Of a stretch of 64,000 nt of DNA, positions 48,928 to 58,589 are shown in pieces. Positions within the stretch are counted from its first letter, which is position 1. Each line of letters begins with the position of its first letter. The notes under the pieces are model-generated. The model saw only the letters and a program-made list of their open reading frames with translations. It was not told the DNA's origin and made no database searches. Source of the stretch: an uncultured Gemmatimonadales bacterium (GTDB taxonomy: Bacteria > Gemmatimonadota > Gemmatimonadetes > Longimicrobiales > RSA9); NCBI GenBank assembly GCA_963798085.1, contig CAWCRS010000008.1, positions 256,001-320,000 of the forward strand. The letters are read 5' to 3'. The position numbers and the translations under genes are program-made.

Positions 48928-50160
48928 ATGAAGCAAGCCATACGGCAGGCAATCATACTGGCACTGCTGCTGGTTGCGCGTGTGGAAACCGCGTGGGGGC
49001 AGAAGCTGCCGCTGGATTCGCTCTTTCGCGCGCACCGGCTGCCGCTCTCTTTCGCGGCCGACGCGCCGTCCGGCGAGGGCTGGGAATTCATCGTGCGGCA
49101 GGCGTCAGCGGCGCGGTTCGTGGTGGTGGGAGAATCGCACTACGTGCGCGAGATCCCGCTGTTCACGAGTCGCTTGTTCCGCACACTGCACGAGCGCGCG
49201 GGCTTTCAGTACCTCGCCCTCGAGGATGGTCCGTGGGCGATTGGCATGCTGATGCAGCCGGGTGTGCGCGGGAACCGGGATTCGACGTACGCGCGAGCGA
49301 AGCGCTACCGGAACGCGCTGCAGTTTCTCGACGACCAGGATGTCGATCTGATCGTCAATGCGGCGGCGACATCGTCGGCCGCGCGCGCACCGGTCTGGGG
49401 GTTGGACCAGACGTGGGGCACGCTGCACGTGCTGGAGCGACTGCAGGCCCTGGCGCCAGCGGCCGGGAAAGCCGTGGTACAGCGAATCGCCGATCGGGCG
49501 CGCGCAGTCGAGGTGTACCGCCCGGAAGAGAACAAACCACGCTTTCTCACGGACAGCCTGACAAAGACGGATCTCTCCGAGCTGCATCGCGCGATCGCCG
49601 GTGCGCCACCGGAAGCGGCCCGGTTGTTCGACATGCTCGAGACGTCGTTCGAGATCTACACGTCGCGAACTGACGGACCCGCGATCTATCGCTCGAACGA
49701 CCGGCGCGAGCGCTACATGAAGGCGCGCTTCACCGAGGAATACGACGCGGCCCGCGCCGCGGGCGACGCGCAGCCACGTGTCGTGATAAAGGTCGGTCAG
49801 TGGCACGCGATCAAGGGTGTTCTCAACTGGGGCAATGTGCAGCCGCTGGGCACATTCGTGTCGGAGCTGGCGCACCGCGAGGGCGGCGAGTCGCTGCACA
49901 TCTGGACAGGCCTGGTGGACGAGCCCGGCCGCTACTGGACGCTATCCGATACGCCCGAGTACGTGGCGCTGGCCAGTGCGGGGAGCACGGATCGCTGGTG
50001 GGTCGTAGACCTGCGCGAGATCCGTCCGCTCGTGGCCGCCGGGCAAGTGAACGGCGTGAACGACGAGATGCGCAAGGTCATCTTCGGCTTCGATCTGGCA
50101 TTGCTGATCGGCAATGGCAACCGCGCAACCCGCGATCGTGTCCTGCAGTCGCTCCACTGA
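48928..50160 (+). CDS. Secreted protein, erythromycin-esterase/ChaN-like fold
   Basis: Signal peptide; VVVGESH, YLALEDG, WGLDQ, RRERYM, GQWH. Confidence 0.6.
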   Translation: MKQAIRQAIILALLLVARVETAWGQKLPLDSLFRAHRLPLSFAADAPSGEGWEFIVRQASAARFVVVGESHYVREIPLFTSRLFRTLHERAGFQYLALEDGPWAIGMLMQPGVRGNRDSTYARAKRYRNALQFLDDQDVDLIVNAAATSSAARAPVWGLDQTWGTLHVLERLQALAPAAGKAVVQRIADRARAVEVYRPEENKPRFLTDSLTKTDLSELHRAIAGAPPEAARLFDMLETSFEIYTSRTDGPAIYRSNDRRERYMKARFTEEYDAARAAGDAQPRVVIKVGQWHAIKGVLNWGNVQPLGTFVSELAHREGGESLHIWTGLVDEPGRYWTLSDTPEYVALASAGSTDRWWVVDLREIRPLVAAGQVNGVNDEMRKVIFGFDLALLIGNGNRATRDRVLQSLH

Positions 50161-50416
50161 AAGTGCCCTGAGCCGGATGAGGCCCGCTGCATTCAGGCCG
50201 GGTGCCGTCGCCGCCAACCGGTGGCCGGTCCAATGCGCCTTCCTGCCTCGCCCCCGTCTTCTGCCAGGGGGAGGGGAACCAGGCCGTGGCCAGGAACACG
50301 GCGTCAGACTTCACGACTCTTGAGTACCGGCGTGCCGGCTCACATTGTTGATAGCACGGCGTTTTCCTGCCCGGACAACGAGCGTGCAGCCATACCGGTG
50401 AGCGGCCTGGAGGACG

Positions 50417-51817
50417 GTGAGTCGCCGGTTCCTTTTCGCTAGTCGCGTGAGACGTTCGCTTCAAGGTTTGACGGCGGTGCTGCCGCGACGCGGCATCGCC
50501 GCCGCTGCCGTATTCTGGCAGGTTGCTGGATGCGCTTCGGAGCCGACCGATACCAATGACGGAGGCATCAGCGTCCAGGTACAGCGCGGCTCGCTCTTCA
50601 CTGTGGTTTCCGCCGACCAGGGTCGGGTTCACGTAGAGGGACCGACTTCCCAGACCATCACGGTAACGCCGGGCACGACTCAGACGATCACGGGTCTGCT
50701 ACCGGGTACGTATCGCATCGCGTTGGAAGGGCTGGCGCTGGGCGAAGTCGAGTCCTTTGGCGAGACGGCTGGCATCACGGTTCTGGCGGGTCGCAATTCA
50801 CGCGTGAACGTGACGCTGGAATCGTTTGTTCCCGCATTCGTATCGGTGACCTCGAATTTCACAACGGGTCCGTCGTTCAATGTGCAGTTCGACCCGGTCA
50901 CGGGCGCGAACCGCTATCGGGTGGAATGGGCGCTCGATCCTGCTTTTACCAACCCGCAATTGAGCGACGTCACCGTACCCGTCGCGACCATCCAGGTCAA
51001 TGCGACCGGGACGTATCACGTCCGCGTGCGAGCGATTGACCGCTTCGACGGCATCGGTCGCGCCAGTTCTGCCGTTACGGCAACTGTCCTTGCGCCGCCG
51101 ACCATCGCGCTCTCGCGCGCGAGCGAGAACATCACTGCGTTCACCGGAAGTCCCGATCTGGCGACCGATAGCATCGCCGTATCCAATGGTGGTGGTGGTG
51201 CACTCGGACAATTGAGTATCGGGGCGCTGCAGTACGCCAGCGGGCAACCCACGGGCTGGCTGACCGCACAACTCGATCGAACGACAGCACCGGCGTCCGT
51301 CATCCTCACTGCCACAAGCGCATCACTAACACCGGGCGCTTACGACGTCAATGTACCCATCATGTCGGCCAATGCCGTGAACAATCCGCAGACGCTCAAG
51401 GTGCACATGAATGTGGTGCCGAATGACATCACAATGGTGTACTTTGCGCATCCTGACACGCTCCTCGGCAGCCGTTCCGTCGACAGTCAGGGCAACGGCG
51501 TCCTGGATTGCGACTGGAACACCGCGACGCTGCAGGTGCTGGGCGCGGGCGGCGGCAAATGGGAAACGCAACACGTATTCCTCAAGACCGTCGGGCAGTT
51601 CGGTCAGGTAATCACCGATCAGATAACACCATTCAACGATGGCAAGCGATTCTCCGCCAACACTTCGTATGGCTATGACTATCACTACTTCACGGCCTTC
51701 AGAGATGGATCGAATCAACCGGTGTACGAGCCCTTTGATCTCACGCTGACGGCGGTATACAGAGTGGATGGCAAGTCCACACTGGACCAGGTGACACTGA
51801 GGCTGGCCTGTCGTTAG
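50417..51817 (+). CDS. Lipoprotein with Ig/FN3-like module, BACON-like domain and unique C-terminus
   Basis: Lipobox VAGC; YHVRVRAIDRF (FN3-like); VSNGGGGAL...GWLT...LTPGAY (BACON-like). Confidence 0.7.
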   Translation: MSRRFLFASRVRRSLQGLTAVLPRRGIAAAAVFWQVAGCASEPTDTNDGGISVQVQRGSLFTVVSADQGRVHVEGPTSQTITVTPGTTQTITGLLPGTYRIALEGLALGEVESFGETAGITVLAGRNSRVNVTLESFVPAFVSVTSNFTTGPSFNVQFDPVTGANRYRVEWALDPAFTNPQLSDVTVPVATIQVNATGTYHVRVRAIDRFDGIGRASSAVTATVLAPPTIALSRASENITAFTGSPDLATDSIAVSNGGGGALGQLSIGALQYASGQPTGWLTAQLDRTTAPASVILTATSASLTPGAYDVNVPIMSANAVNNPQTLKVHMNVVPNDITMVYFAHPDTLLGSRSVDSQGNGVLDCDWNTATLQVLGAGGGKWETQHVFLKTVGQFGQVITDQITPFNDGKRFSANTSYGYDYHYFTAFRDGSNQPVYEPFDLTLTAVYRVDGKSTLDQVTLRLACR

Positions 51818-51934
51818 CAGCGGGTGTGGCAGGGGCGGACGGTCCACCTTGACAAAGAAGATGAGTGAGACTCTCGAACCGCGCTGCGGCCGGGCATCGT
51901 TCGGCCGCTCCATTTTCTGACACACTGGCGGCGC

Positions 51935-54900
51935 ATGGCAGAGCCGGGCTTCACCTGTTCGTCGTGCCACCGGGATCTGCGCCCCGAGGACGCGTTCTGC
52001 AGCGGATGCGGAACGCGGGTCCCGTCGCGGCCATCGCACACCGGCCTGAGCCGCCGGCTCCGCGCGGGTGGCTCGCCATCGGCAGCGCAGCAGGCCGCGT
52101 GCGCCAGCTGCAACAGTCCGTTGCGGGCGGGAGAGCAGTTCTGCCCGAACTGCGGTGCGCGCCAGGCTGGGACGCCCGCGGACGCACGCGCGCAGGACGA
52201 AGCGCGACGGTCCGTTCTGCAAACGCTCGCCGAAGCCACACGTGGCAGATTCGAGCTCGTCCGGCAGCTTGGACGCGGGGGCATGGGTTCCGTCTACCTG
52301 GCTCGCGAACTCGATCTCGACCGCCTCGTTGCCATCAAGGTGCTGGCTTCCAACTGGCTCACCGATGAGGCCATGGTGGAGCGGTTCCGCAGGGAGGCCA
52401 GGACCATTGCGTCGCTGCGCCACCCATCGATCGTGCACGTGCACGGCGTGGGTCGCGCCGCGGATCTCCATTACTTCATCATGGACTATATCGATGGCGT
52501 TTCTCTGGCCTCGATCCTGCGCCTGCACGGCGCACTGTCCATTCCTGTCGTGCGCGCCATCCTCTACCAGGTGGGTTCAGCGTTGAGCTACGCGCACCGG
52601 CCCGGCCGCGGCGTGATTCACCGCGATGTCAAGCCTGCTAACATCATGCTGGATACCGAGGGCAATTCGTTCGTCACTGATTTCGGCATCTCGAAGGTGA
52701 CGGAATCGCAGAGCGGCCTGACCATGACCGGGTTGATCATGGGAACGCCGGAGTACATGAGCCCCGAGCAGTGTCGTGGTGATGCGGTCACGTTTGCGTC
52801 TGACCAGTACGCGCTCGGCGCGGTCGCGTACGCCATGGTGGCGGGAGCACCGCCGTTCACGGGGCCGCAATACGCCGTTCTGATGGGTCATACTGCGGAG
52901 AGCGTCCCGCCCGTTCACGAAGCACGCCCTGACTGTCCGACCGAGCTTGCGAAAGCGGTGCATCGCATGCTGGCAAAGTCGGCAGCGGAGCGCTGGCCGG
53001 ACCTGCGCGATGCGCTGGCCGCCGCGGGTGCCCGCCCCCTGCTACCGGATGATCCAGTCCGCGAAGAGCTCATTGCGCTCGTGCGCGCGGCACAGGGATC
53101 ACAGCCCGGCGCAGCAGGCGGTGCGCCACGCTTCTCTTCGAAGGATACCGGCGGCGAGCGCACGCCCACATGGCTCCGCATCATCGCATTACCACGCTCG
53201 CTCGAAATCGGCGAGGCGATTCCGTTGCGCGCCACCCTCGGGTTTGCCGATGGCGGAGAGATGGAAGGCCGTGGCGTGCGCTGGGAATCGACCGATCCAT
53301 CCATTCTGCGCGTCGAGCAGGACACCGGTCGCATGGTCGCTGTCGGAGTGGGCTCTGCGGTGATCAGGGCACAATCCGGCGCTGCTGTCGAGTCCGCCGC
53401 GGTCGATGTGACGGAGACTCGAGTGGCCCGTGTCTCGCTCGAACCGGCAACGCTCGCCATCGAGGTGGGGGACACGGCGCGACTCATTGCGCGTCCGCAG
53501 AGCACGCGGGAACAGCTGCTGGAACGCCGCGTTCTGTGGTCCTCGAGTGATCCCCGCGTCGCATCGGTTTCTGTCGATGGTGTCGTGCACGCGCACAGTG
53601 CGGGAGCGGCCAGCATTCTCGCACACTGCGAGGGAGTGGGCGCGGCCATGAACGTAGCGGTAGAGCCCGCACGGCCCGCGTCGATCGTGATCGGGGGCGT
53701 TCCCGTGGCGCTGCCGATGGGCGAGAAAGTCACTGCCCGGGCGAAGGTGCTCGACGCGCGCAACCAGGAGCTGCGCCGCAGCGTCAACTGGTCGGTGCGG
53801 GATCCCACCATCATCACGGTCGATGCGGGCGGCGTACTCCTGGGCGTGAGCGCCGGTCGTACACAGCTCAGCGCGCGGTGCGACAATGCACAGGCAATTG
53901 CCGACATCGAAGTACTGCCTGTGCCCGTCGCGCGCATTGCATCGTCGGCACCGCCTGCCGGCATGGTGGCAGGCGATACGTTCCATCTGGATGCCACCCC
54001 GCTCGACCGCGAGGGCCACGCGCTGGATCGCGCCATCACGTGGACCGTTGATAATGCAAAGATCGTCGAGCCACTGGGGAATGGCCGGTTTCGCGCCCTG
54101 GCCCATGGCACTGCCATGGTAACGGCGACAAGCGACGGCGCCACCGCGAACAGGCGGATCGAGATCGAGCCGCTGCGCGTATCGGCGCTCGTCATTGAGG
54201 CAGTATCCGGCACGCTGCAGATGGATCAGGACCTTGCGCTGCACGCCACGCTTCGCGACCAGCGTGGGGGTACGCTCACCGGAACCGTCCGCTGGTCTTC
54301 GAGCAACGCCTTCGTCGCGCGCGTCTCCACGAGTGGCGTAGTGACAGGGGCAGGTGCGGGAGATGTGACGATCACCGCGGAATGCGACGGTGTCCGGGAT
54401 TCCCTGGAACTCACCGTCGTCGAGGCGCCCTGGTCCACTGTTGTCGTGCGACCCGCTGAAGCGGGGAGTCAGGCGGCGGTGACGGAGGCCGCGGTCCAGA
54501 GCGGGACCGAGGGGATGGAAGAGATAGGCGCGCTGGCGGGCCCGGTCATCGTGCCCGCGCCACGAGCAACGCGGCGGCGCCGGGCGCTGCCATGGATCGC
54601 GGCCGTGGTTGTGGTCGGAGGCGCGGGCAGCACGTGGGTGCTGCTGCACAATCGAGCCAGTCGGGCGGGTGCCGTTGCGGCGACGCAGAATCAACCGCCG
54701 CCTGCCGCTGCCGCACCGCCGGTGGCGGCCGTCACCGTGCTGGACCGGAGCGGTCGGCCCGTCGCCAGCCGCATACAGCTTACGGTCGGCGACACGATGG
54801 GACTGAGCGCGCGCGCCAGTGCAGCCGATGGCACTCTTGCGCCGGACGTGAAGATCGCATGGCGAACCAGCGATCCCGCCGTGGCTTCAATCGACACCAA

Positions 54901-55330
54901 TGGTGTCATCATGGGTCGCGCAGCCGGCGATGTGCAGCTGAGCGCCGGCGCCGGCGATGTGGTTCGCGAATTCACTGTCAGCGTGGTCGGGCGCAGCAGT
55001 CAGACGCCGGGCCGAGGACGCGCTGCCGCCCCGCCGTCCACGGAGACCGGCGGACAGTCGGGCCGATCGGGTGCGGCGAAGCCCACCGTCGGGCAGAAGC
55101 CGCCGCAGGAACCGGATGGCAAGCTTCAGCTCATTGTGGAGCCATGGGCGGTCATCTCGGTGGATGGCGTTGCACGCAGGACAGACAACAGGCTGGAACT
55201 GGCGCTGCCGCCCGGCTCGCACAAGCTGCACCTGGAGAACCCCAACACGGCGAGCATGGACACGATGTTCGACGTCCGTTCGAATGAAACGACGCCGCTG
55301 CGAATCCGTTTGCGGGAGAAGAGCCCGTGA
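51935..55330 (+). CDS. Ser/Thr protein kinase: double zinc ribbon, kinase, five Big_2 Ig repeats, TM helix, Big_2, PEGA
   Basis: CSSC/CSGC/CASC/CPNC; GRGGMG, AIK, HRDVKPAN, DFG, GTPEYMSPE; WxSSDPxVAxV repeats; TM at ~54585-54650; PWAVISVDG...LPPGSHKL. Confidence 0.93.
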   Translation: MAEPGFTCSSCHRDLRPEDAFCSGCGTRVPSRPSHTGLSRRLRAGGSPSAAQQAACASCNSPLRAGEQFCPNCGARQAGTPADARAQDEARRSVLQTLAEATRGRFELVRQLGRGGMGSVYLARELDLDRLVAIKVLASNWLTDEAMVERFRREARTIASLRHPSIVHVHGVGRAADLHYFIMDYIDGVSLASILRLHGALSIPVVRAILYQVGSALSYAHRPGRGVIHRDVKPANIMLDTEGNSFVTDFGISKVTESQSGLTMTGLIMGTPEYMSPEQCRGDAVTFASDQYALGAVAYAMVAGAPPFTGPQYAVLMGHTAESVPPVHEARPDCPTELAKAVHRMLAKSAAERWPDLRDALAAAGARPLLPDDPVREELIALVRAAQGSQPGAAGGAPRFSSKDTGGERTPTWLRIIALPRSLEIGEAIPLRATLGFADGGEMEGRGVRWESTDPSILRVEQDTGRMVAVGVGSAVIRAQSGAAVESAAVDVTETRVARVSLEPATLAIEVGDTARLIARPQSTREQLLERRVLWSSSDPRVASVSVDGVVHAHSAGAASILAHCEGVGAAMNVAVEPARPASIVIGGVPVALPMGEKVTARAKVLDARNQELRRSVNWSVRDPTIITVDAGGVLLGVSAGRTQLSARCDNAQAIADIEVLPVPVARIASSAPPAGMVAGDTFHLDATPLDREGHALDRAITWTVDNAKIVEPLGNGRFRALAHGTAMVTATSDGATANRRIEIEPLRVSALVIEAVSGTLQMDQDLALHATLRDQRGGTLTGTVRWSSSNAFVARVSTSGVVTGAGAGDVTITAECDGVRDSLELTVVEAPWSTVVVRPAEAGSQAAVTEAAVQSGTEGMEEIGALAGPVIVPAPRATRRRRALPWIAAVVVVGGAGSTWVLLHNRASRAGAVAATQNQPPPAAAAPPVAAVTVLDRSGRPVASRIQLTVGDTMGLSARASAADGTLAPDVKIAWRTSDPAVASIDTNGVIMGRAAGDVQLSAGAGDVVREFTVSVVGRSSQTPGRGRAAAPPSTETGGQSGRSGAAKPTVGQKPPQEPDGKLQLIVEPWAVISVDGVARRTDNRLELALPPGSHKLHLENPNTASMDTMFDVRSNETTPLRIRLREKSP

Positions 55331-56670
55331 GCCTTGCAAGAGATGCGGGGATGGCCTGCGTGATACTCCTGGGCGCGGCCACGTCGCTGGCTGCACAGAA
55401 CACGCGGCAGGGACTGATCAGCCAGGCGAGAAGCGAGTTCAGCGACAGTGCTCGCATTCGTCTGCTGCTCTCGGCAATGGATCCGAAACTCGGCTCGCCG
55501 GACAGCCTCTGGGCCGTAGCCGGATACGAGCTGGCCGGCGTGCTGACGAGTTCGGATCGACAGGCTCTCGCTTCCACCTGGCTGCGCTGGATCGTCCGCC
55601 ACGGCGCCGCCTGGCCCATGGACCGGCGGCAATTCACGCCTGCCATGGTACAGGCCTTTGATCAGGCGGTGGCGGCGACACGCGCGACGCCGGACACGGT
55701 GCCCACCCGCTGGGAGTGGCCGGCGCGCTTCGACGCAGCGGCCCCCGGCACCGTGCGCGCGGTCTCTGCGGACCCGTCGCTGACACTCGCGTTGACCGCG
55801 GAGGGTCGCGCCGAGGCGGCGGCCGAGACGCTCAGACTGCCCGCGGGCACGTATGCAATGCGCATTGCGGCGGACGGCTACGAGTCCATGCAACTGACGC
55901 GCGAAGTCCTGCCCGGCGTGACGACCATCCTGGAAGTGAATCCCGTTCCGCTGCTTCCGGACGCGGTACTGGCCGAGGCAGCCGCGAGGGTCCTGCGCAT
56001 CACGCTCACGGTGGAGAACCAGCAGGTGTGCACTAACGGGCTGCTTGCCGCTGCGGATGGCATGGCGCTCACGTCGCTCGGAATGGTGCAGGGTGCGACC
56101 CGCCTGCAGGTTGCGACAGCCGGCGGTGCACAGACGTTCCGCGATATCCGCATTGCCGCGACGGACCCGGCCAGGGATCTGGCCGCGCTGCGGCTGCCCG
56201 CACAGCGCCAGCCTGCAATGAGCGCGGCGGCTCAGGTGAGCAGTGGGGAGTACGCATGGTCCGTGCACTTCGACGGGTGCGGTGCGCTCACGTCCGCACG
56301 CACTCGCCTGACCGACTGGCCCGCGGCACCGACAGCGCCGGTAGCGCTCGCACTGCCATTGCCAGCCGCGGCGATGGGTGCGCCGCTGATCGATCGCGGC
56401 GGCCGCCTGATCGGGCTCGTCACCAGGCCCGACTCGGTTGTGCCCGCGGCACTGACGCGGAACGTGCTCGAGCAGGGAAGAACGAGTTGTGCGGACTGCA
56501 ATCCCGCGCAGCAGCCGCCGGCACAGGCCAGACCGAAACGACATTTCCCCTTCGTCTGGGCCGGTCTCGGAGCCGGCGCGGTCGGTGTCACGGTAGCCCT
56601 GCTCAGTGGCGGCGGCGGTCACTCCGCTCCGCCCACCACGGGTGGCATCATCGTGACGTTCCCCAACTGA
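55327..56670 (+). CDS. Secreted PEGA plus trypsin-like domain protein with degenerate catalytic residues and hydrophobic C-terminus
   Basis: Start overlaps the kinase stop; LPAGTY..IAADGY (PEGA); DPARDLAALRL and GAPLIDRGGRLIGLV (trypsin-like fold). Confidence 0.7.
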   Translation: MSLARDAGMACVILLGAATSLAAQNTRQGLISQARSEFSDSARIRLLLSAMDPKLGSPDSLWAVAGYELAGVLTSSDRQALASTWLRWIVRHGAAWPMDRRQFTPAMVQAFDQAVAATRATPDTVPTRWEWPARFDAAAPGTVRAVSADPSLTLALTAEGRAEAAAETLRLPAGTYAMRIAADGYESMQLTREVLPGVTTILEVNPVPLLPDAVLAEAAARVLRITLTVENQQVCTNGLLAAADGMALTSLGMVQGATRLQVATAGGAQTFRDIRIAATDPARDLAALRLPAQRQPAMSAAAQVSSGEYAWSVHFDGCGALTSARTRLTDWPAAPTAPVALALPLPAAAMGAPLIDRGGRLIGLVTRPDSVVPAALTRNVLEQGRTSCADCNPAQQPPAQARPKRHFPFVWAGLGAGAVGVTVALLSGGGGHSAPPTTGGIIVTFPN

Positions 56671-56680
56671 GCGGCCTGCC

Positions 56681-58483
56681 ATGACGACGCGGAATCTCCT
56701 CGTGTGGCTCGCCGGCCTGTGCCTGTTGCCCGCCTGTGAAAGACAATCCCCCAGCGCACCGGATCAGGCGACAATGTCGCTGCGCTTTCTGCGCGACGCG
56801 ACCGCAGGCGCCGCGGACGACGGCATGGTTCACATACTCGGTCCCACACAGATGACCGTGGCCATCAGCCCCGGCACAACGAAGACCATCACCGGGCTGC
56901 AGCCCGGGACGTACACGGTGGCTCTGGAAGCCTTGTCGTCTGCCGAACGGCCGATAGCACCCGAACCGTGTTGCGTGGCGTCGTATGGTGAGACAGCGGG
57001 CATCACGGTCAACGCCGGCCATGACACGCCGGTTACGCTCACGCTCGGCTCGTTCGCGCCGACGCTCGCGAGTCTCCCATCGACCGTCGTGGTGGGACAA
57101 TCGCTCGTGGTCTCCTACAGTCTGGTTGCCTACGCGACGAGCTACTGGGTCGAGCGGAGCTCGAATCCCGACTTCTCGTTCGCCATAGCGGACAAGGTGA
57201 CCGGTTCCCCCTTCTTGTTTCTGGTGGACCAGAGCGGCCCCATCTTCGTCCGCGTGCGTGCCGTGGACCGCTTCGGCACGGTGGGCCTGGCCAGTTCCAC
57301 AGGGGCTTCCACCGGCACGCAGGTTCCGGCGGTGCTTCGCCAGGAAGCCCTCAATGCCTTTGCTCTTGCCTTCAGCGGCGGCAACACGCAGGAGGGGCTC
57401 GTGCTCCTCGACGGACTGCTCGCAGACGAATGGCTGAGTTCGGGACCGTCGGCGGCGCAGCGCGAGGTCGACCAACGCAGTGTTACCCTCACCAACACCA
57501 GTGTGGCCACGGTTTTCCGCAACCTGCACCGCTCAAGGCTCGCTGCGGATTTCGCCGCTCAGCGCATGGCCATCGACGCGCCAACCGATCCTGGGCTTCC
57601 CGAAATGCAGGCGCTGTCTGCGTACACGTGGCTGCTCTTTGCGGAAGACTTCTGCTCCGGAGTGCCCTTCAGCCGCATCGACAGCCAGCACACCATCACG
57701 GCCGGACCGGCCCTGACAACGACGGAAATGCTGGACACCGCGCTGGCACGCTTCGCGACGGTCCGTTTGAATTCCACGTCCGGCACGCAAGCCTGGCTGC
57801 TCGCCACGTTGGGGAGCGCCCGCGCGTATCAGGGCCTCGGCCAGTTTGCTGGCCTGTCCGATTTCCAGAACGCCGCGGCCGCGGCTCAGCAGGTACCGGA
57901 CGTGTTCGAGTACACCGTCGCGCACACGAACAACCCCGTGGAGAAGTCCAACGCGATCTACGTGCTCAATACGGTGGCGAAGCAGTACTCGCTGGCGGAC
58001 CAGGAGGGCGGCAACGGCCTGGCTTTCCGTTCTGCGAACGATCCCCGGCGCGTGCCCTGGCTACGCCAACCCCCGAACAACCTCGGTGCGGACAATCTGA
58101 CGCCGCAGTTCGACCTGCTGAAATACGCCGACCGTTCCGCCGGTGTCGTACTGGCGAGCGGCCTCGAAGCCCGCCTGATCGAGGCGGAAACGCTGGCCCG
58201 AACGGGAAATACAACCGGCGCGGCGGTCAAGCTCAACCAGTTGCGCGTGGCAGCCGGTCTGGCGCCCTTGCCCGGCAACGCGACGCTCAGTGATGTCCTG
58301 CGCGAACGCGCATTCTTCGTTTTCGCCACGGGCCATCGCACGGGTGATCTGCGCCGCACTAACGGTCTCTTTCCAGCAGGCGCGTACCCCAAGGGCGGCA
58401 GTTACGGATCGCAAACCGCTCTGCCCATTCCGGTTGAGCCCGAAAACAATCCGGCCGGACTCCGCTGCCTCGCCAGTTCGTGA
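56681..58483 (+). CDS. Lipoprotein: Ig/FN3-like module fused to a RagB/SusD-like domain
   Basis: Lipobox LPAC; GLLADEW, AEDFCSGVPFS, EARLIEAE, LNQLR...GL.P, ERAF..F.TGHR.GDLRR, LPIP. Confidence 0.82.
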   Translation: MTTRNLLVWLAGLCLLPACERQSPSAPDQATMSLRFLRDATAGAADDGMVHILGPTQMTVAISPGTTKTITGLQPGTYTVALEALSSAERPIAPEPCCVASYGETAGITVNAGHDTPVTLTLGSFAPTLASLPSTVVVGQSLVVSYSLVAYATSYWVERSSNPDFSFAIADKVTGSPFLFLVDQSGPIFVRVRAVDRFGTVGLASSTGASTGTQVPAVLRQEALNAFALAFSGGNTQEGLVLLDGLLADEWLSSGPSAAQREVDQRSVTLTNTSVATVFRNLHRSRLAADFAAQRMAIDAPTDPGLPEMQALSAYTWLLFAEDFCSGVPFSRIDSQHTITAGPALTTTEMLDTALARFATVRLNSTSGTQAWLLATLGSARAYQGLGQFAGLSDFQNAAAAAQQVPDVFEYTVAHTNNPVEKSNAIYVLNTVAKQYSLADQEGGNGLAFRSANDPRRVPWLRQPPNNLGADNLTPQFDLLKYADRSAGVVLASGLEARLIEAETLARTGNTTGAAVKLNQLRVAAGLAPLPGNATLSDVLRERAFFVFATGHRTGDLRRTNGLFPAGAYPKGGSYGSQTALPIPVEPENNPAGLRCLASS

Positions 58484-58589
58484 GCGCGGTCCAATCACAA
58501 CGCGCGCTGCCTTTGCAAGGACGGCTCACTCACGCAGAGCGAGCATTCTCAGGGAGCTCGCCGTGAGCCCGGTGTGTGGCTGGCTCCCC

